Part shown: one piece after another, positions 36,701 through 51,000 of the stretch | How positions within the stretch are numbered: position 1 is the first letter of the stretch | How the letters are laid out: each line of letters starts with the position of its first letter | Assembly (NCBI GenBank): GCA_964016885.1 | Contig: OZ024742.1 | Span: 96,472,001-96,536,000, forward strand | DNA length: 64,000 bases | From: Eledone cirrhosa | Lineage: Eukaryota | Direction: 5' to 3' | The notes under the pieces: generated by a model | What the model saw: only the letters and a program-made list of their open reading frames with translations | Databases searched by the model: none | Told to the model about the DNA's origin: nothing | Made by a program: the position numbers and the translations under genes

Positions 36701-39038
36701 AACACCACCACCAACTACTGTGACAGTACCAACAACATCACCACCAACTACTATGACACTACCAACAACATCACCACCAACTACTGTGACACTACCAACA
36801 ACATCACCACCAACTACTGTGACAGTACCAACAACATCACCACCAACTACTGTGACACTACCAACAACATCACCACCAACTACTATGACACTACCAACAA
36901 CACCACCACCAACTACTGTGACAGTACCAACAACATCACCACCAACTACTGTGACACTACCAACAACATCACCACCAACTACTGTGACACTACCAACAAC
37001 ATCACCACCAACTACTGTGACACTACCAACAACATCACCACCAACTACTGTGACACTACCAACAACATCACCACCAACTACTATGACACTACCAACAACA
37101 TCACCACCAACTACTGTGACACTACCAACAACATCACCACCAACTACTGTGACACTACCAACAACATCACCACCAACTACTGTGACACTACCAACAACAT
37201 CACCACCAACTACTGTGACAGTACCAACAACATCACCACCAACGACTGTGACAGTACCAACAACATCACCACCAACTACTGTGACACTACCAACAACATC
37301 ACCACCAACTACTGTGACAGTACCAACAACATCACCACCAACTACTGTGACACTACCAACAACATCACCACCAACTACTGTGACACTACCAACAACATCA
37401 CCACCAACTACTGTGACACTACCAACAACATCACCACCAACTACTGTGACACTACCAACAACATCACCACCAACTACTGTGACACTACCAACAACATCAC
37501 CACCAATTACTGTGACACTACCAACAACATCACCACCAACTACTGTGACACTACCAACAACATCACCACCAACTACTGTGACAGTACCAACAACATCACC
37601 ACCAACTACTATGACACTACCAACAACATCACCACCAACTACTGTGACACTACCAACAACATCACCACCAACTACTATGACACTACCAACAACATCACCA
37701 CCAACTACTGTGACACTACCAACAACATCACCACCATCTACTGTGACACTACCAACAACACCACCACCAACTACTGTGACACTACCAACAACATCACCAC
37801 CATCTACTGTGACACTACCAACAACATCACCACCAACTACTGTGACACTACCAACAACATCACCACCAACTACTGTGACACTACCAACAACACCACCACC
37901 AACTACTATGACACTACCAACAACACCACCACCAACTACTGTGACACTACCAACAACATCACCACCAACTACTGTGACACTACCAACAACATCACCACCA
38001 ACTACTGTGACACTACCAACAACATCACCAGCAACTACTGTGACACTACCAACAACATCACCACCAACTACTATGACACTACCAACAACACCACCACCAA
38101 CTACTGTGACACTACCAACAACATCACCACCATCTACTGTGACACTACCAACAACATCACCACCAACTACTGTGACACTACCAACAACATCACCACCAAC
38201 TACTGTGACACTACCAACAACACCACCACCAACTACTATGACACTACCAACAACACCACCACCAACTACTGTGACAGTACCAACAACATCACCACCAACT
38301 ACTATGACACTACCAACAACATCACCACCAACTACTGTGACAGTACCAACAACATCACCACCAACTACTGTGACAGTACCAACAACATCACCACCAACTA
38401 CTGTGACACTACCAACAACATCACCACCGACTACTGTGACAGTACCAACAACATCACCACCAACTACTGTGACAGTACCAACAACATCACCACCAACTAC
38501 TGTGACAGTACCAACAACATCACCACCAACTACTGTGACACTACCAACAACATCACCACCAACTACTGTGACACTACCAACAACATCACCACCAACTACT
38601 GTGACACTACCAACAACATCACCACCAACTACTGTGACACTACCAACAACATCACCACCAACTACTGTGACACTACCAACAACATCACCACCAACTACTA
38701 TGACACTACCAACAACATCACCACCAACTACTATGACACTACCAACAACATCACCACCAACTACTGTGACACTACCAACAATATCACCACCAACTACTGT
38801 GACAGTACCAACAATATCACCACCAACTACTGTGACAGTAATAACAACAACACCATCATCACCACCAATGCCTATGACAATAAAAATAACAACAATGACA
38901 ACCTACTGCCTCTATCAACACCACCATCATTCCCACCATTTTCTTCCAATCCTAACAAGTTACATAGAAAACGGTACCATCACCACCCTGACCATTATCA
39001 TAACAACACCACCATCACCACCTTTACCATTATCATAA
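30744..39038 (+). CDS. Putative mucin-like PTS tandem-repeat coding block 1 (TTVTLPTTSPP)n
   Basis: The frame is open from 30744 (after TAA 30741) to TAA 39036-39038. About 80% of consensus residues are P/T/S. No signal peptide or other domain is seen, so it could only be an internal exon. Coding status is unproven. Confidence 0.4.
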   Translation, partial: WNSNSSTVALPTSPPTTVTLPTTSPPTTVTLPTTSPPTTVTLPTTSPPTTVTLPTTSPPTTMTLPTTSPPTTMTLPTTSPPTTVTLPTTSPPTTVTVPTTPPTTVTVPTTPAPTTVTLPTKSPPTTVTLPTTSPPTTVTVPTTSPPTAMTLPTTSPPTTVTLPTTSPPTTMTLPTTSPPTTVTVPTTPPPTTVTLPTTSPPTTVTLPTSPPTTVTVPTTPPPTTATIPTTPPPTTVTLPTTSPPTTMTLPTTSPPTTVTLPTTSPPTTVTVPTTPPTTVTVPTTPPPTTVTLPTKSPPTTVTLPTTSPPTTMTLPTTSPPTTVTVPTTPPPTTVTLPTTSPPTTVTLPTSPPTTVTVPTTPPPTTATLPTTPPPTTVTLPTTSPPTTVTVPTTPPPTTVTVPTTSPPTTVRLPTTSPPTTVRLPTTSPPTTVTLPTTSPPSTVTVPTTSPPTNVTLPTSPPTTVTLPTTSPPTTVTLPTTSPPTTVTVPTTSPPTTVTVPTTSPPTTVTLPTTSPPTTMTVPTTSPPTTVTLPTTSPPTTVTLPTTSPPTTVTVPTTSPPTTVTVPTTSPPTTVTLPTTSPPTTMTLPTTSPPTTMTLPTTSPPSTVTLPTTPPPTTMTVPTTSPPTTVTLPTTSPPTTVRLPTTPPPTTVTLPTTSPPTTVTLPTTSPPTTMTLPTPSPPTTVTLPTTSPPTTVTVPTTSPPTTVTVPTTSPPTTMTLPTTSPPTTVTVPTTSPPTTVTLPTTSPPTTVTLPTRSPPTTMTLPTTSPPTTVTLPTTSPPTTVTVPTTSPPTTMTLPTPSPPTTVTLPTTSPPTTVTLPTTSPPTTVTVPTISPPTTATVPTTSPATTVTLPTTSPPTTVTVPTTSPPTTVTLPTTSPPTTVTVPTTSPPTTVTVPTTSPPTTVTLPTTSPPTTVTLPTTSPPTTVTVPTTSPPTTVTVPTTSPPTTMTLPTTSPPTTVTLPTTSPPTTVALPTTSPPTTMTLPTTSPPTTVTLPTTSPPTTVTVPKTSPPTTVTLPTTSPPSTVTLPTTSPPTTMTLPTTSPPTTVTVPTTSPPTTVTLPTTSPPNTMTLPTPSPPTTVTLPTTSPPTTVTVPTTSPPTTVTVPTTSPTTTVTLPTTSPPTTVTVPTTSPPTTVTLPTTSPPTTMTLPTTSPPTTVTVPTTSPPTTVTLPTTSPPTTMTLPTTPPPTTVTVPTTSPPTTMTVPTTSPPTTVTLPTTSPPTTVTVPTTSPPTTVTVPTTSPTTTVTLPTPSPPTTVTVPTTSPPTTVTLPTTSPPTTMTLPTTSPPTTVTVPTTSPPTTVTLPTTSPPTTMTLPTTPPPTTVTVPTTSPPTTMTVPTTSPPTTVTVPTTSPPTTVTVPTTSPPTTVTVPTTSPPTTVTLPTTSPATTVTLPTTSPPTTMTLPTTSPATTVTLPTTSPPTTVTLPTTSPPTTMTLPTTSPPTTMTLPTTPPPTTVRVPTTSPPTTMTVPTTSPPTTVTVPTTSPPTTVTVPTISPPTTVTVPTTSPPTTVTLPTTSPATTVTLPTTSPPTTMTLPTTSPPTTVTVPTTSPATTVTLPTTSPPTTVALPTTSPATTVTLPTTSPPTTVTLPTTSPATAMTLPTTPPPTTVTVPTTSPPTTMTLPTTSPPTTVTVPTTSPPTTVTLPTTSPPTTMTLPTTSPPTTVTLATTSPPTTVTLPTTSPPTTVTLPTTSPPTTVTVPTTSPPTTVTVPTTSPPTTVTLPTTSPPTTMTLPTTSPPTTVTLPTISPPTTVTVPTISPPTTLTVPTTSPPTTVTLPTTSPPTTVTLPTTSPPTTVTVPTTSPPTTMTLPTTSPPTTVTVPTTSPPTTVTLPTTSPPTTMTLPTTSPPTTVTLPTTSPPTTVTLPTTSPPTTVTVPTTSPPTTVTLPTTSPPTTVTLPTTSPPTTMTLPTTSPPTKVTLPTTSPPTTVTVPTTSPPTTVTVPTTSPPTTVTLPTTSPPTTVTVPTTSPPTTVTLPTTSPPTTMTLPTTPPPTTVTVPTTSPPTTMTLPTTSPPTTVTLPTTSPPTTVTVPTTSPPTTVTLPTTSPPTTMTLPTTPPPTTVTVPTTSPPTTVTLPTTSPPTTVTLPTTSPPTTVTLPTTSPPTTVTLPTTSPPTTMTLPTTSPPTTVTLPTTSPPTTVTLPTTSPPTTVTLPTTSPPTTVTVPTTSPPTTVTVPTTSPPTTVTLPTTSPPTTVTVPTTSPPTTVTLPTTSPPTTVTLPTTSPPTTVTLPTTSPPTTVTLPTTSPPTTVTLPTTSPPITVTLPTTSPPTTVTLPTTSPPTTVTVPTTSPPTTMTLPTTSPPTTVTLPTTSPPTTMTLPTTSPPTTVTLPTTSPPSTVTLPTTPPPTTVTLPTTSPPSTVTLPTTSPPTTVTLPTTSPPTTVTLPTTPPPTTMTLPTTPPPTTVTLPTTSPPTTVTLPTTSPPTTVTLPTTSPATTVTLPTTSPPTTMTLPTTPPPTTVTLPTTSPPSTVTLPTTSPPTTVTLPTTSPPTTVTLPTTPPPTTMTLPTTPPPTTVTVPTTSPPTTMTLPTTSPPTTVTVPTTSPPTTVTVPTTSPPTTVTLPTTSPPTTVTVPTTSPPTTVTVPTTSPPTTVTVPTTSPPTTVTLPTTSPPTTVTLPTTSPPTTVTLPTTSPPTTVTLPTTSPPTTVTLPTTSPPTTMTLPTTSPPTTMTLPTTSPPTTVTLPTISPPTTVTVPTISPPTTVTVITTTPSSPPMPMTIKITTMTTYCLYQHHHHSHHFLPILTSYIENGTITTLTIIITTPPSPPLPLS

Positions 39039-42000
39039 CAACACCACCATCACCACCTTTACCATTATCATAACAACAACACCATCACCACCAGCCACTA
39101 TTATAACAACAACATCACCACCAACTACTGTGACACTACCAACAACATCACCACCAACTACTGTGACACTACCAACAACATCACCACCAACTACTATGAC
39201 ACTACCAACACCATCACCACCAACTACTGTGACACTACCAACAACATCACCACCAACTACTATGACACTACCAACACCATCACCACCAACTACTATGACA
39301 CTACCAACAACATCACCACCAACTACTGTGACACTACCAACAACATCACCACCAACTACTGTGACAGTACCAACAATATCACCACCAACTACTGTGACAG
39401 TACCAACAATATCACCACCAACTACTGTGACAGTACCAACAACATCACCACCAACTACTATGACACTACCAACAACACCACCACCAAATACTGTGACACT
39501 ACCAACAACACCACCACCAACTACTGTGACACTACCAACAACATCACCACCAACTATTGTGACACTACCAACAACATCACCACCAACTACTGTGACACTA
39601 CCAACAACATCACCACCAACTACTGTGACACTACCAACAACACCACCACCAAATACTGTGACACTACCAACAACACCACCACCAACTACTGTGACACTAC
39701 CAACAACATCACCACCAACTACTGTGACACTACCAACAACACCACCACCAACTACTGTGACACTACCAACAACATCACCACCAACTATTGTGACACTACC
39801 AACAACATCACCACCAACTATTGTGACACTACCAACAACATCACCACCAACTACTGTGACACTACCAACAACACCACCACCAACTACTGTGACACTACCA
39901 ACAACATCACCACCAACTACTGTGACACTACCAACAACATCACCACCAACTACTGTGACACTACCAACAACATCACCACCAACTACTATGACACTACCAA
40001 CAACATCACCACCAACTACTGTGACACTACCAACAACATCACCACCAACTACTGTGACACTACCAACAACATCACCACCAACTACTGTGACACTACCAAC
40101 AACATCACCACCAACTACTATGACACTACCAACAACATCACCACCAACTACTGTGACACTACCAACAACACCACCACCAACTACTGTGACACTACCAACA
40201 ACATCACCACCAAATATTGTGACACTACCAACAACACCACCACCAACTACTGTGACACTACCAACAACATCACCACCAACTATTGTGACACTACCAACAA
40301 CACCACCACCAACTACTGTGACACTACCAGCAACATCACCACCAACTATTGTGACACTACCAACAACATCACCACCAACTATTGTGACACTACCAACAAC
40401 ATCACCACCAACTACTGTGACACTACCAACAACACCACCACCAACTACTATGACACTACCAACAACATCACCACCAACTACTGTAACAGTACCAACAACA
40501 TCACCACCAACTACTGTGACAGTACCAACAACACCACCACCAACTACTGTGACAGTACCAACAACATCACCACCAACTACTGTGACAGTACCAACAACAC
40601 CACCACCAACTACTGTGACAGTACCAACAACATCACCACCAACTACTGTGACAGTACCAACAACAACACCACCAACTACTGTGACACTACCAACAACATC
40701 ACCACCAACTACTGTGACACTACCAACAACATCACCACCAACTACTGTGACACTACCAACAACATCACCACCAACTACTGTGGCACTACCAACAACATCA
40801 CCACCAACTACTGTGACACTACCAACAACATCACCACCAACTACTGTGACACTACCAACAACATCACCACCAACTACTATGACACTACCAACAACATCAC
40901 CACCAACTACTGTGACACTACCAACAACATCACCACCAACTACTGTGACACTACCAACAACATCACCACCAACTACTGTGACACTACCAACAACATCACC
41001 ACCAACTACTGTGACACTACCAACAACACCACCACCAACTACTGTGACACTACCAACAACATCACCACCAACTACTATGACACTACCAACAACATCACCA
41101 CCAACTACTGTGACAGTACCAACAACATCACCACCAACTACTGTGACAGTACCAACAACATCACCACCAACTACTATGACACTACCAACAACATCACCAC
41201 CAACTACTGTGACACTACCAACAACATCACCACCAACTACTGTGACACTACCAACAACATCACCACCAACTACTGTGACACTACCAACAACATCACCACC
41301 AACTACTGTGACACTACCAACAACATCACCACCAACTACTATGACACTACCAACAACATCACCACCAACTACTGTGACACTACCAACAACATCACCACCA
41401 ACTACTGTGACACTACCAACAACACCACCACCAACTACTGTGACACTACCAACAACATCACCACCAACTACTATGACACTACCAACAACATCACCACCAA
41501 CTACTGTGACAGTACCAACAACATCACCACCAACTACTATGACAGTACCAACAACATCACCACCAACTACTGTGACACTACCAACAACATCACCACCAAC
41601 TACTGTGACACTACCAACAACATCACCACCAACTACTGTGACACTACCAACAACATCACCACCAACTACTGTGACACTACCAACAACATCACCACCAACT
41701 ACTGTGACACTACCAACAACACCACCACCAACTACTATGACACTACCAACAACATCACCACCAACTACTGTAACAGTACCAACAACATCACCACCAACTA
41801 CTGTGACAGTACCAACAACACCACCACCAACTACTGTGACAGTACCAACAACATCACCACCAACTACTGTGACAGTACCAACAACACCACCACCAACTAC
41901 TGTGACAGTACCAACAACATCACCACCAACTACTGTGACAGTACCAACAACAACACCACCAACTACTGTGACACTACCAACAACATCACCACCAACTACT

Positions 42001-45000
42001 GTGACACTACCAACAACATCACCACCAACTACTGTGACACTACCAACAACATCACCACCAACTACTGTGGCACTACCAACAACATCACCACCAACTACTG
42101 TGACACTACCAACAACATCACCACCAACTACTTTGACACTACCAACAACATCACCACCAACTACTATGACACTACCAACAACATCACCACCAACTACTGT
42201 GACACTACCAACAACATCACCACCAACTACTATGACACTACCAACAACATCACCACCAACTACTGTGACAGTACCAACAACATCACCACCAACTACTGTG
42301 ACACTACCAACAACATCACCACCAACTACTGTGACACTACCAACAACATCACCACCAACTACTATGACACTACCAACAACATCACCACCAACTACTGTGA
42401 CACTACCAACAACATCACCACCAACTACTGTGACACTACCAACAACATCACCACCAACTACTGTGACACTACCAACAACATCACCACCAACTACTATGAC
42501 ACTACCAACAACATCACCACCAACTACTGTGACACTACCAACAACATCACCACCAACTACTGTGACACTACCAACAACACCACCACCAACTACTGTGACA
42601 CTACCAACAACATCACCACCAACTACTATGACACTACCAACAACATCACCACCAACTACTGTGACAGTACCAACAACATCACCACCAACTACTATGACAG
42701 TACCAACAACATCACCACCAACTACTGTGACACTACCAACAACATCACCACCAACTACTGTGACACTACCAACAACATCACCACCAACTACTGTGACACT
42801 ACCAACAACATCACCACCAACTACTGTGACACTACCAACAACATCACCACCAACTACTGTGACACTACCAACAACACCACCACCAACTACTATGACACTA
42901 CCAACAACATCACCACCAACTACTGTAACAGTACCAACAACATCACCACCAACTACTGTGACAGTACCAACAACACCACCACCAACTACTGTGACAGTAC
43001 CAACAACATCACCACCAACTACTGTGACAGTACCAACAACACCACCACCAACTACTGTGACAGTACCAACAACATCACCACCAACTACTGTGACAGTACC
43101 AACAACAACACCACCAACTACTGTGACACTACCAACAACATCACCACCAACTACTGTGACACTACCAACAACATCACCACCAACTACTGTGACACTACCA
43201 ACAACATCACCACCAACTACTGTGGCACTACCAACAACATCACCACCAACTACTGTGACACTACCAACAACATCACCACCAACTACTTTGACACTACCAA
43301 CAACATCACCACCAACTACTATGACACTACCAACAACATCACCACCAACTACTGTGACACTACCAACAACATCACCACCAACTACTGTGACACTACCAAC
43401 AACATCACCACCAACTACTGTGACACTACCAACAACATCACCACCAACTACTATGACTCTACCAACAACACCACCACCAACTACTGTGACACTACCAACA
43501 ACATCACCACCAACTACTATGACACTACCAACAACATCACCACCAGCTACTGTGACAGTACCAACAACATCACCACCAACTACTGTGACAGTACCAACAA
43601 CATCACCACCAACTACTATGACACTACCAACAACATCACCACCAACTACTGTGACACTACCAACAACATCACCACCAACTACTGTGACACTACCAACAAC
43701 ATCACCACCAACTACTGTGACACTACCAACAACATCACCACCAACTACTGTGACACTACCAACAACATCACCACCAACTACTATGACACTACCAACAACA
43801 TCACCACCAACTACTGTGACACTACCAACAACATCACCACCAACTATTGTGACACTACCAACAACACCACCACCAACTACTGTGACACTACCAACAACAT
43901 CACCACCAACTACTATGACACTACCAACAACATCACCACCAACTACTGTGACAGTACCAACAACATCACCACCAACTACTATGACAGTACCAACAACATC
44001 ACCACCAACTACTGTGACACTACCAACAACATCGCCACCAACTACTGTGACACTACCAACAACATCACCACCAACTACTGTGATACTACCAACAACATCA
44101 CCACCAACTACTCTGACAGTACCAACAACATCACCACCAACTACTGTGACACTACCAACAACATCACCACCAACTACTGTGACACTACCAACAACATCAC
44201 CACCAACTACTGTGACAGTACCAACAACATCACCACCAACTACTGTGACACTACCAACAACATCACCACCAACTACTGTGACACTACCAACAACATCACC
44301 ACCAACTACTGTGACAGTACCAACAACACCACCACCAACTACTGTGACACTACCAACAACATCACCACCAACTACTATGACACTACCAACAACATCACCA
44401 CCAACTACTGTGACAGTACCAACAACATCACCACCAACTACTATGACAGTACCAACAACATCACCACCAACTGCTGTGACACTACCAACAACATCACCAC
44501 CAACTACTGTGACACTACCAACAACATCACCACCAACTACTGTGACACTACCAACAACATCACCACCAACTACTGTGACACTACCAACAACATCACCACC
44601 AACTACTGTGACACTACCAACAACATCACCACCAACTACTGTGACACTACCAACAACATCACCACCAACTACTGTGACAGTACCAACAACATCACCACCA
44701 ACTACTATGACACTACCAACAACATCACCACCAACTACTATGACAGTACCAACAACATCACCACCAACTACTGTGACACTACCAACAACATCACCACCAA
44801 CTACTGTGACACTACCAACAACATCACCACCAACTACTGTGACAGTACCAACAACACCACCACCAACTACTGTGACACTACCAACAACATCACCACCAAC
44901 TACTATGACACTACCAACAACATCACCACCAACTACTGTGACACTACCAACAACATCACCACCAACTACTATGACAGTACCAACAACATCACCACCAACT

Positions 45001-48000
45001 ACTGTGACACTACCAACAACATCACCACCAACTACTGTGACACTACCAACAACATCACCACCAACTACTGTGACACTACCAACAACATCACCACCAACTA
45101 CTGTGACACTACCAACAACATCACCACCAACTACTGTGACACTACCAACAACATCACCACCAACTACTGTGACAGTACCAACAACATCACCACCAACTAC
45201 TATGACACTACCAACAACATCACCACCAACTACTATGACAGTACCAACAACATCACCACCAACTACTGTGACACTACCAACAACATCACCACCAACTACT
45301 GTAACACTACCAACAACATCACCACCAACTACTGTGACACTACCAACAACATCACCACCAACTATTGTGACACTACCAACAACATCACCACCAACTATTG
45401 TGACACTACCAACAACATCACCACCAACTACTGTGACACTACCAACAACACCACCACCAAATACTATGACACTACCAACAACATCACCAGCAACTACTGT
45501 GACAGTACCAACAACATCACCACCAACTACTGTGACACTACCAACAACATCACCACCAACTACTGTGACAGTACCAACAACATCACCACCAACTACTGTG
45601 ACAGTACCAACAACACCACCACCAACTACTGTGACAGTACCAACAACATCACCACCAACTACTGTGACAGTACCAACAACATCACCACCAACTACTGTGA
45701 CACTACCAACAACATCACCACCAACTACTGTGACACTACCAACAACATCACCACCAACTACTATGACACTACCAACAACACCACCACCAACTACGGTGGC
45801 ACTACCAACAACATCACCACCAACTACTGTGACACTACCAACAACATCACCACCAACTACTGTGACACTACCAACAACATCACCACCAACTACTATGACA
45901 CTACCAACAACATCACCACCAACTACTGTGACACTACCAACAACATCACCACCAACTACTATGACACTACCAACAACATCACCACCAACTACTATGACAC
46001 TACCAACAACATCACCACCAACTACTGTGACACTACCAACAACATCACCACCAACTACTATGACACTACCAACAACATCACCACCAACTACTATGACACT
46101 ACCAACAACATCACCACCAACTACTGTGACACTACCAACAACATCACCACCAACTACTGTGACACTACAAACAACATCACCACCAACTACTGTGACACTA
46201 CCAACAACATCACCACCAACTACTGTGACACTACCAACAACATCACCACCAACTACTGTGACACTACCAACAACATCACCACCAACTACTATGACACTAC
46301 CAACAACATCACCACCAACTACTATGACACTACCAACAACATCACCACCAACTACTGTGACACTACCAACAACATCACCACCAACTACTGTGACACTACC
46401 AACAACATCACCACCAACTACTGTGACACTACCAACAACATCACCACCAACTACTGTGACACTACCAACAACATCACCACCAACTACTGTGACACTACCA
46501 ACAACATCACCACCAACTACTGTGACACTACCAACAACATCACCACCAACTACTATGACACTACCAACAACATCACCACCAACTACTGTGACACTACCAA
46601 CAACATCACCACCAACTACTATGACAGTACCAACAACATCACCACCAACTACTGTGACACTACCAACAACATCACCACCAACTACTGTGACACTACCAAC
46701 AACATCACCACCAACTACTGTGACAGTACCAACAACACCACCACCAACTACTATGACACTACCAACAACATCACCACCAACTAATGTGACACTACCAACA
46801 ACATCACCACCAACTACTATGACACTACCAACAACATCACCACCAACTACTGTAACACTACCAACAACATCACCACCAACTACTGTGACACTACCAACAA
46901 CACCACCACCAACTACTGTCGCACTACCAACAACATCACCACCAACTACTGTGACACTACCAACAACATCACCACCAACTACTGTGACAGTGCCAACAAC
47001 ATCACCACCAACTACTGTGACAGTACCAACAACATCACCACCAACTACTGTGACACTACCAACAACATCACCACCAACTACTGTGACAGTACCAACAACA
47101 TCACCACCAACTACTGTGACCGTACCAACAACATCACCACCAACTACTGTGACAGTACCAACAACATCACCACCAACTACTATGACACTACCAACAACAC
47201 CACCACCAACTACTGTGACACTACCAACAACATCACCACCAACTACTATGACACTACCAACAACATCACCACCAACTACTGTGAGACTACCAACAACATC
47301 ACCACCAACTACTGTGACAGTACCAACAACATCACCACCAACTACTGTGACAGTACCAACAACATCACCACCAACTACTGTGACACTACCAACAACATCA
47401 CCACCAACTACTGTGACAGTACCAACAACATCACCACCAACTACTGTGACACTACCAACAACATCACCACCATCTACTGTGACACTACCAACAACATCAC
47501 CACCAACTACTGTGACAGTACCAACAACATCACCACCAACTACTGTGACAGTACCAACAACATCACCACCAACTACTATGACACTACCAACAACACCACC
47601 ACCAACTACTGTGACACTACCAACAACATCACCACCAACTACTATGACACTACCAACAACATCACCACCAACTACTGTGACACTACCAACAACACCACCA
47701 CCAACTACTATGACACTACCAACAACATCACCACCAACTACTGTGACAGTACCAACAACATCATCACCAACTACTGTGACAGTACCAACAACATCACCAC
47801 CAACTACTATGACACTACCAACAACATCACCACCAACTACTGTGACAGTACCAACAACATCACCACCAACTACTATGACACTACCAACAACATCACCACC
47901 AACTACTGTGACAGTACCAACAACATCACCTCCAACTACTATGACACTACCAACAACATCACCACCAACTACTGTGACACTACCAACAACATCACCACCA

Positions 48001-51000
48001 ACTACTGTGACAGTACCAACAACATCACCACCAACTACTATGACACTACCAACAACATCACCACCAACTACTGTGACAGTACCAACAACATCACCACCAA
48101 CTACTGTGACACTACCAACACCATCACCACCAACTACTGTGACACTACCAACAACATCACCACCAACTACTGTGACACTACCAACAACATCACCACCAAC
48201 TACTATGACACTACCAACAACATCACCAGCAACTACTATGACACTACCAACAACATCACCACCAACTACTGTGACACTACCAACAACATCACCAGCAACT
48301 ACTATGACACTACCAACAACATCACCACCAACTACTGTGACACTACCAACACCATCACCACCAACTACTTTGACACTACCAACAACATCACCACCAACTA
48401 CTGTGACACTACCAACAACATCACCACCAACTACTATGACACTACCAACAACATCACCACCAACAACTGTGAGACTACCAACAACATCACCACCAACTAC
48501 TGTGACACTACCAACAACACCACCACCAACTACTGTGACAGTACCAACAACACCACCACCAACTACTGTGACACTACCAACAACATCACCACCAACTACT
48601 GTGAGACTACCAACAACATCACCACCAACTACTGTGACACTACCAACAACATCACCACCAACTACGGTGACAGTACCAACAACATCACCACCAACTACTG
48701 TGACACTACCAACAACATCACCACCAACTACTGTGACACTACCAACAACATCACCACCAACTACTGTGACAGTACCAACAACATCACCACCAACTACTGT
48801 GACAGTACCAACAACATCACCACCAACTACTGTGACACTACCAACAACATCACCTCCAACTACTGTGACACTACCAACAACATCACCACCAACTACTATG
48901 ACACTACCAACAACATCACCACCAACTACTGTGACACTACCAACAACATCACCACCAACTACTGTAACACTACCAACAACATCACCACCAACTACTGTGA
49001 CACTACCAACAACACCACCACCAACTACGGTGGCACTACCAACAACATCACCACCAACTACTGTGACACTACCAACAACATCACCACCAACTACTGTGAC
49101 AGTGCCAACAACATCACCACCAACTACTGTGACAGTACCAACAACATCACCACCAACTACTGTGACACTACCAACAACATCACCACCAACTACTGTGACA
49201 GTACCAACAACATCACCACCAACTACTGTGACCGTACCAACAACATCACCACCAACTACTGTGACAGTACCAACAACATCACCACCAACTACTGTGACAC
49301 TACCAACAACATCACCACCAACTACTATGACACTACCAACAACATCACCACCAACTACTGTGACACTACCAACAACATCACCACCAACTACTATGACACT
49401 ACCAACAACATCACCACCAACTACTATGACACTACCAACAACATCACCACCAACTACTGTGACACTACCAACAACATCACCACCAACTACTATGACACTA
49501 CCAACAACATCACCACCAACTACTATGACACTACCAACAACATCACCACCAACTACTGTGACACTACCAACAACATCACCACCAACTACTGTGACACTAC
49601 CAACAACATCACCACCAACTACTGTGACACTACCAACAACATCACCACCAACTACTGTGACACTACCAACAACATCACCACCAACTACTGTGACACTACC
49701 AACAAAATCACCACCAACTACTATGACACTACCAACAACATCACCACCAACTACTATGACACTACCAACAACATCACCACCAACTACTGTGACACTACCA
49801 ACAACATCACCACCAACTACTGTGACACTACCAACAACATCACCACCAACTACTGTGACACTACCAACAACATCACCACCAACTACTGTGACACTACCAA
49901 CAACATCACCACCAACTACTGTGACACTACCAACAACATCACCACCAACTACTGTGACACTACCAACAACATCACCACCAACTACTATGACACTACCAAC
50001 AACATCACCACCAACTACTGTGACACTACCAACAACATCACCACCAACTACTATGACAGTACCAACAACATCACCACCAACTACTGTGACACTACCAACA
50101 ACATCACCACCAACTACTGTGACACTACCAACAACATCACCACCAACTACTGTGACAGTACCAACAACACCACCACCAACTACTATGACACTACCAACAA
50201 CATCACCACCAACTAATGTGACACTACCAACAACATCACCACCAATTACTATGACACTACCAACAACATCACCACCAACTACTGTAACACTACCAACAAC
50301 ATCACCACCAACTACTGTGACACTACCAACAACACCACCACCAACTACGGTGGCACTACCAACAACATCACCACCAACTACTGTGACACTACCAACAACA
50401 TCACCACCAACTACTGTGACAGTGCCAACAACATCACCACCAACTACTGTGACAGTACCAACAACATCACCACCAACTACTGTGACACTACCAACAACAT
50501 CACCACCAACTACTGTGACAGTACCAACAACATCACCACCAACTACTGTGACCGTACCAACAACATCACCACCAACTACTGTGACAGTACCAACAACATC
50601 ACCACCAACTACTATGACACTACCAACAACACCACCACCAACTACTGTGACACTACCAACAACATCACCACCAACTACTATGACACTACCAACAACATCA
50701 CCACCAACTACTGTGAGACTACCAACAACATCACCACCAACTACTGTGACAGTACCAACAACATCACCACCAACTACTGTGACAGTACCAACAACATCAC
50801 CACCAACTACTGTGACACTACCAACAACATCACCACCAACTACTGTGACAGTACCAACAACATCACCACCAACTACTGTGACACTACCAACAACATCACC
50901 ACCATCTACTGTGACACTACCAACAACATCACCACCAACTACTGTGACAGTACCAACAACATCACCACCAACTACTGTGACAGTACCAACAACATCACCA

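Noticed and set aside
39020-39040. Programmed ribosomal frameshift joining the two PTS blocks
   Set aside because: There is no canonical slippery heptamer or stimulatory structure, and the shift is explained by the 35-bp duplication.
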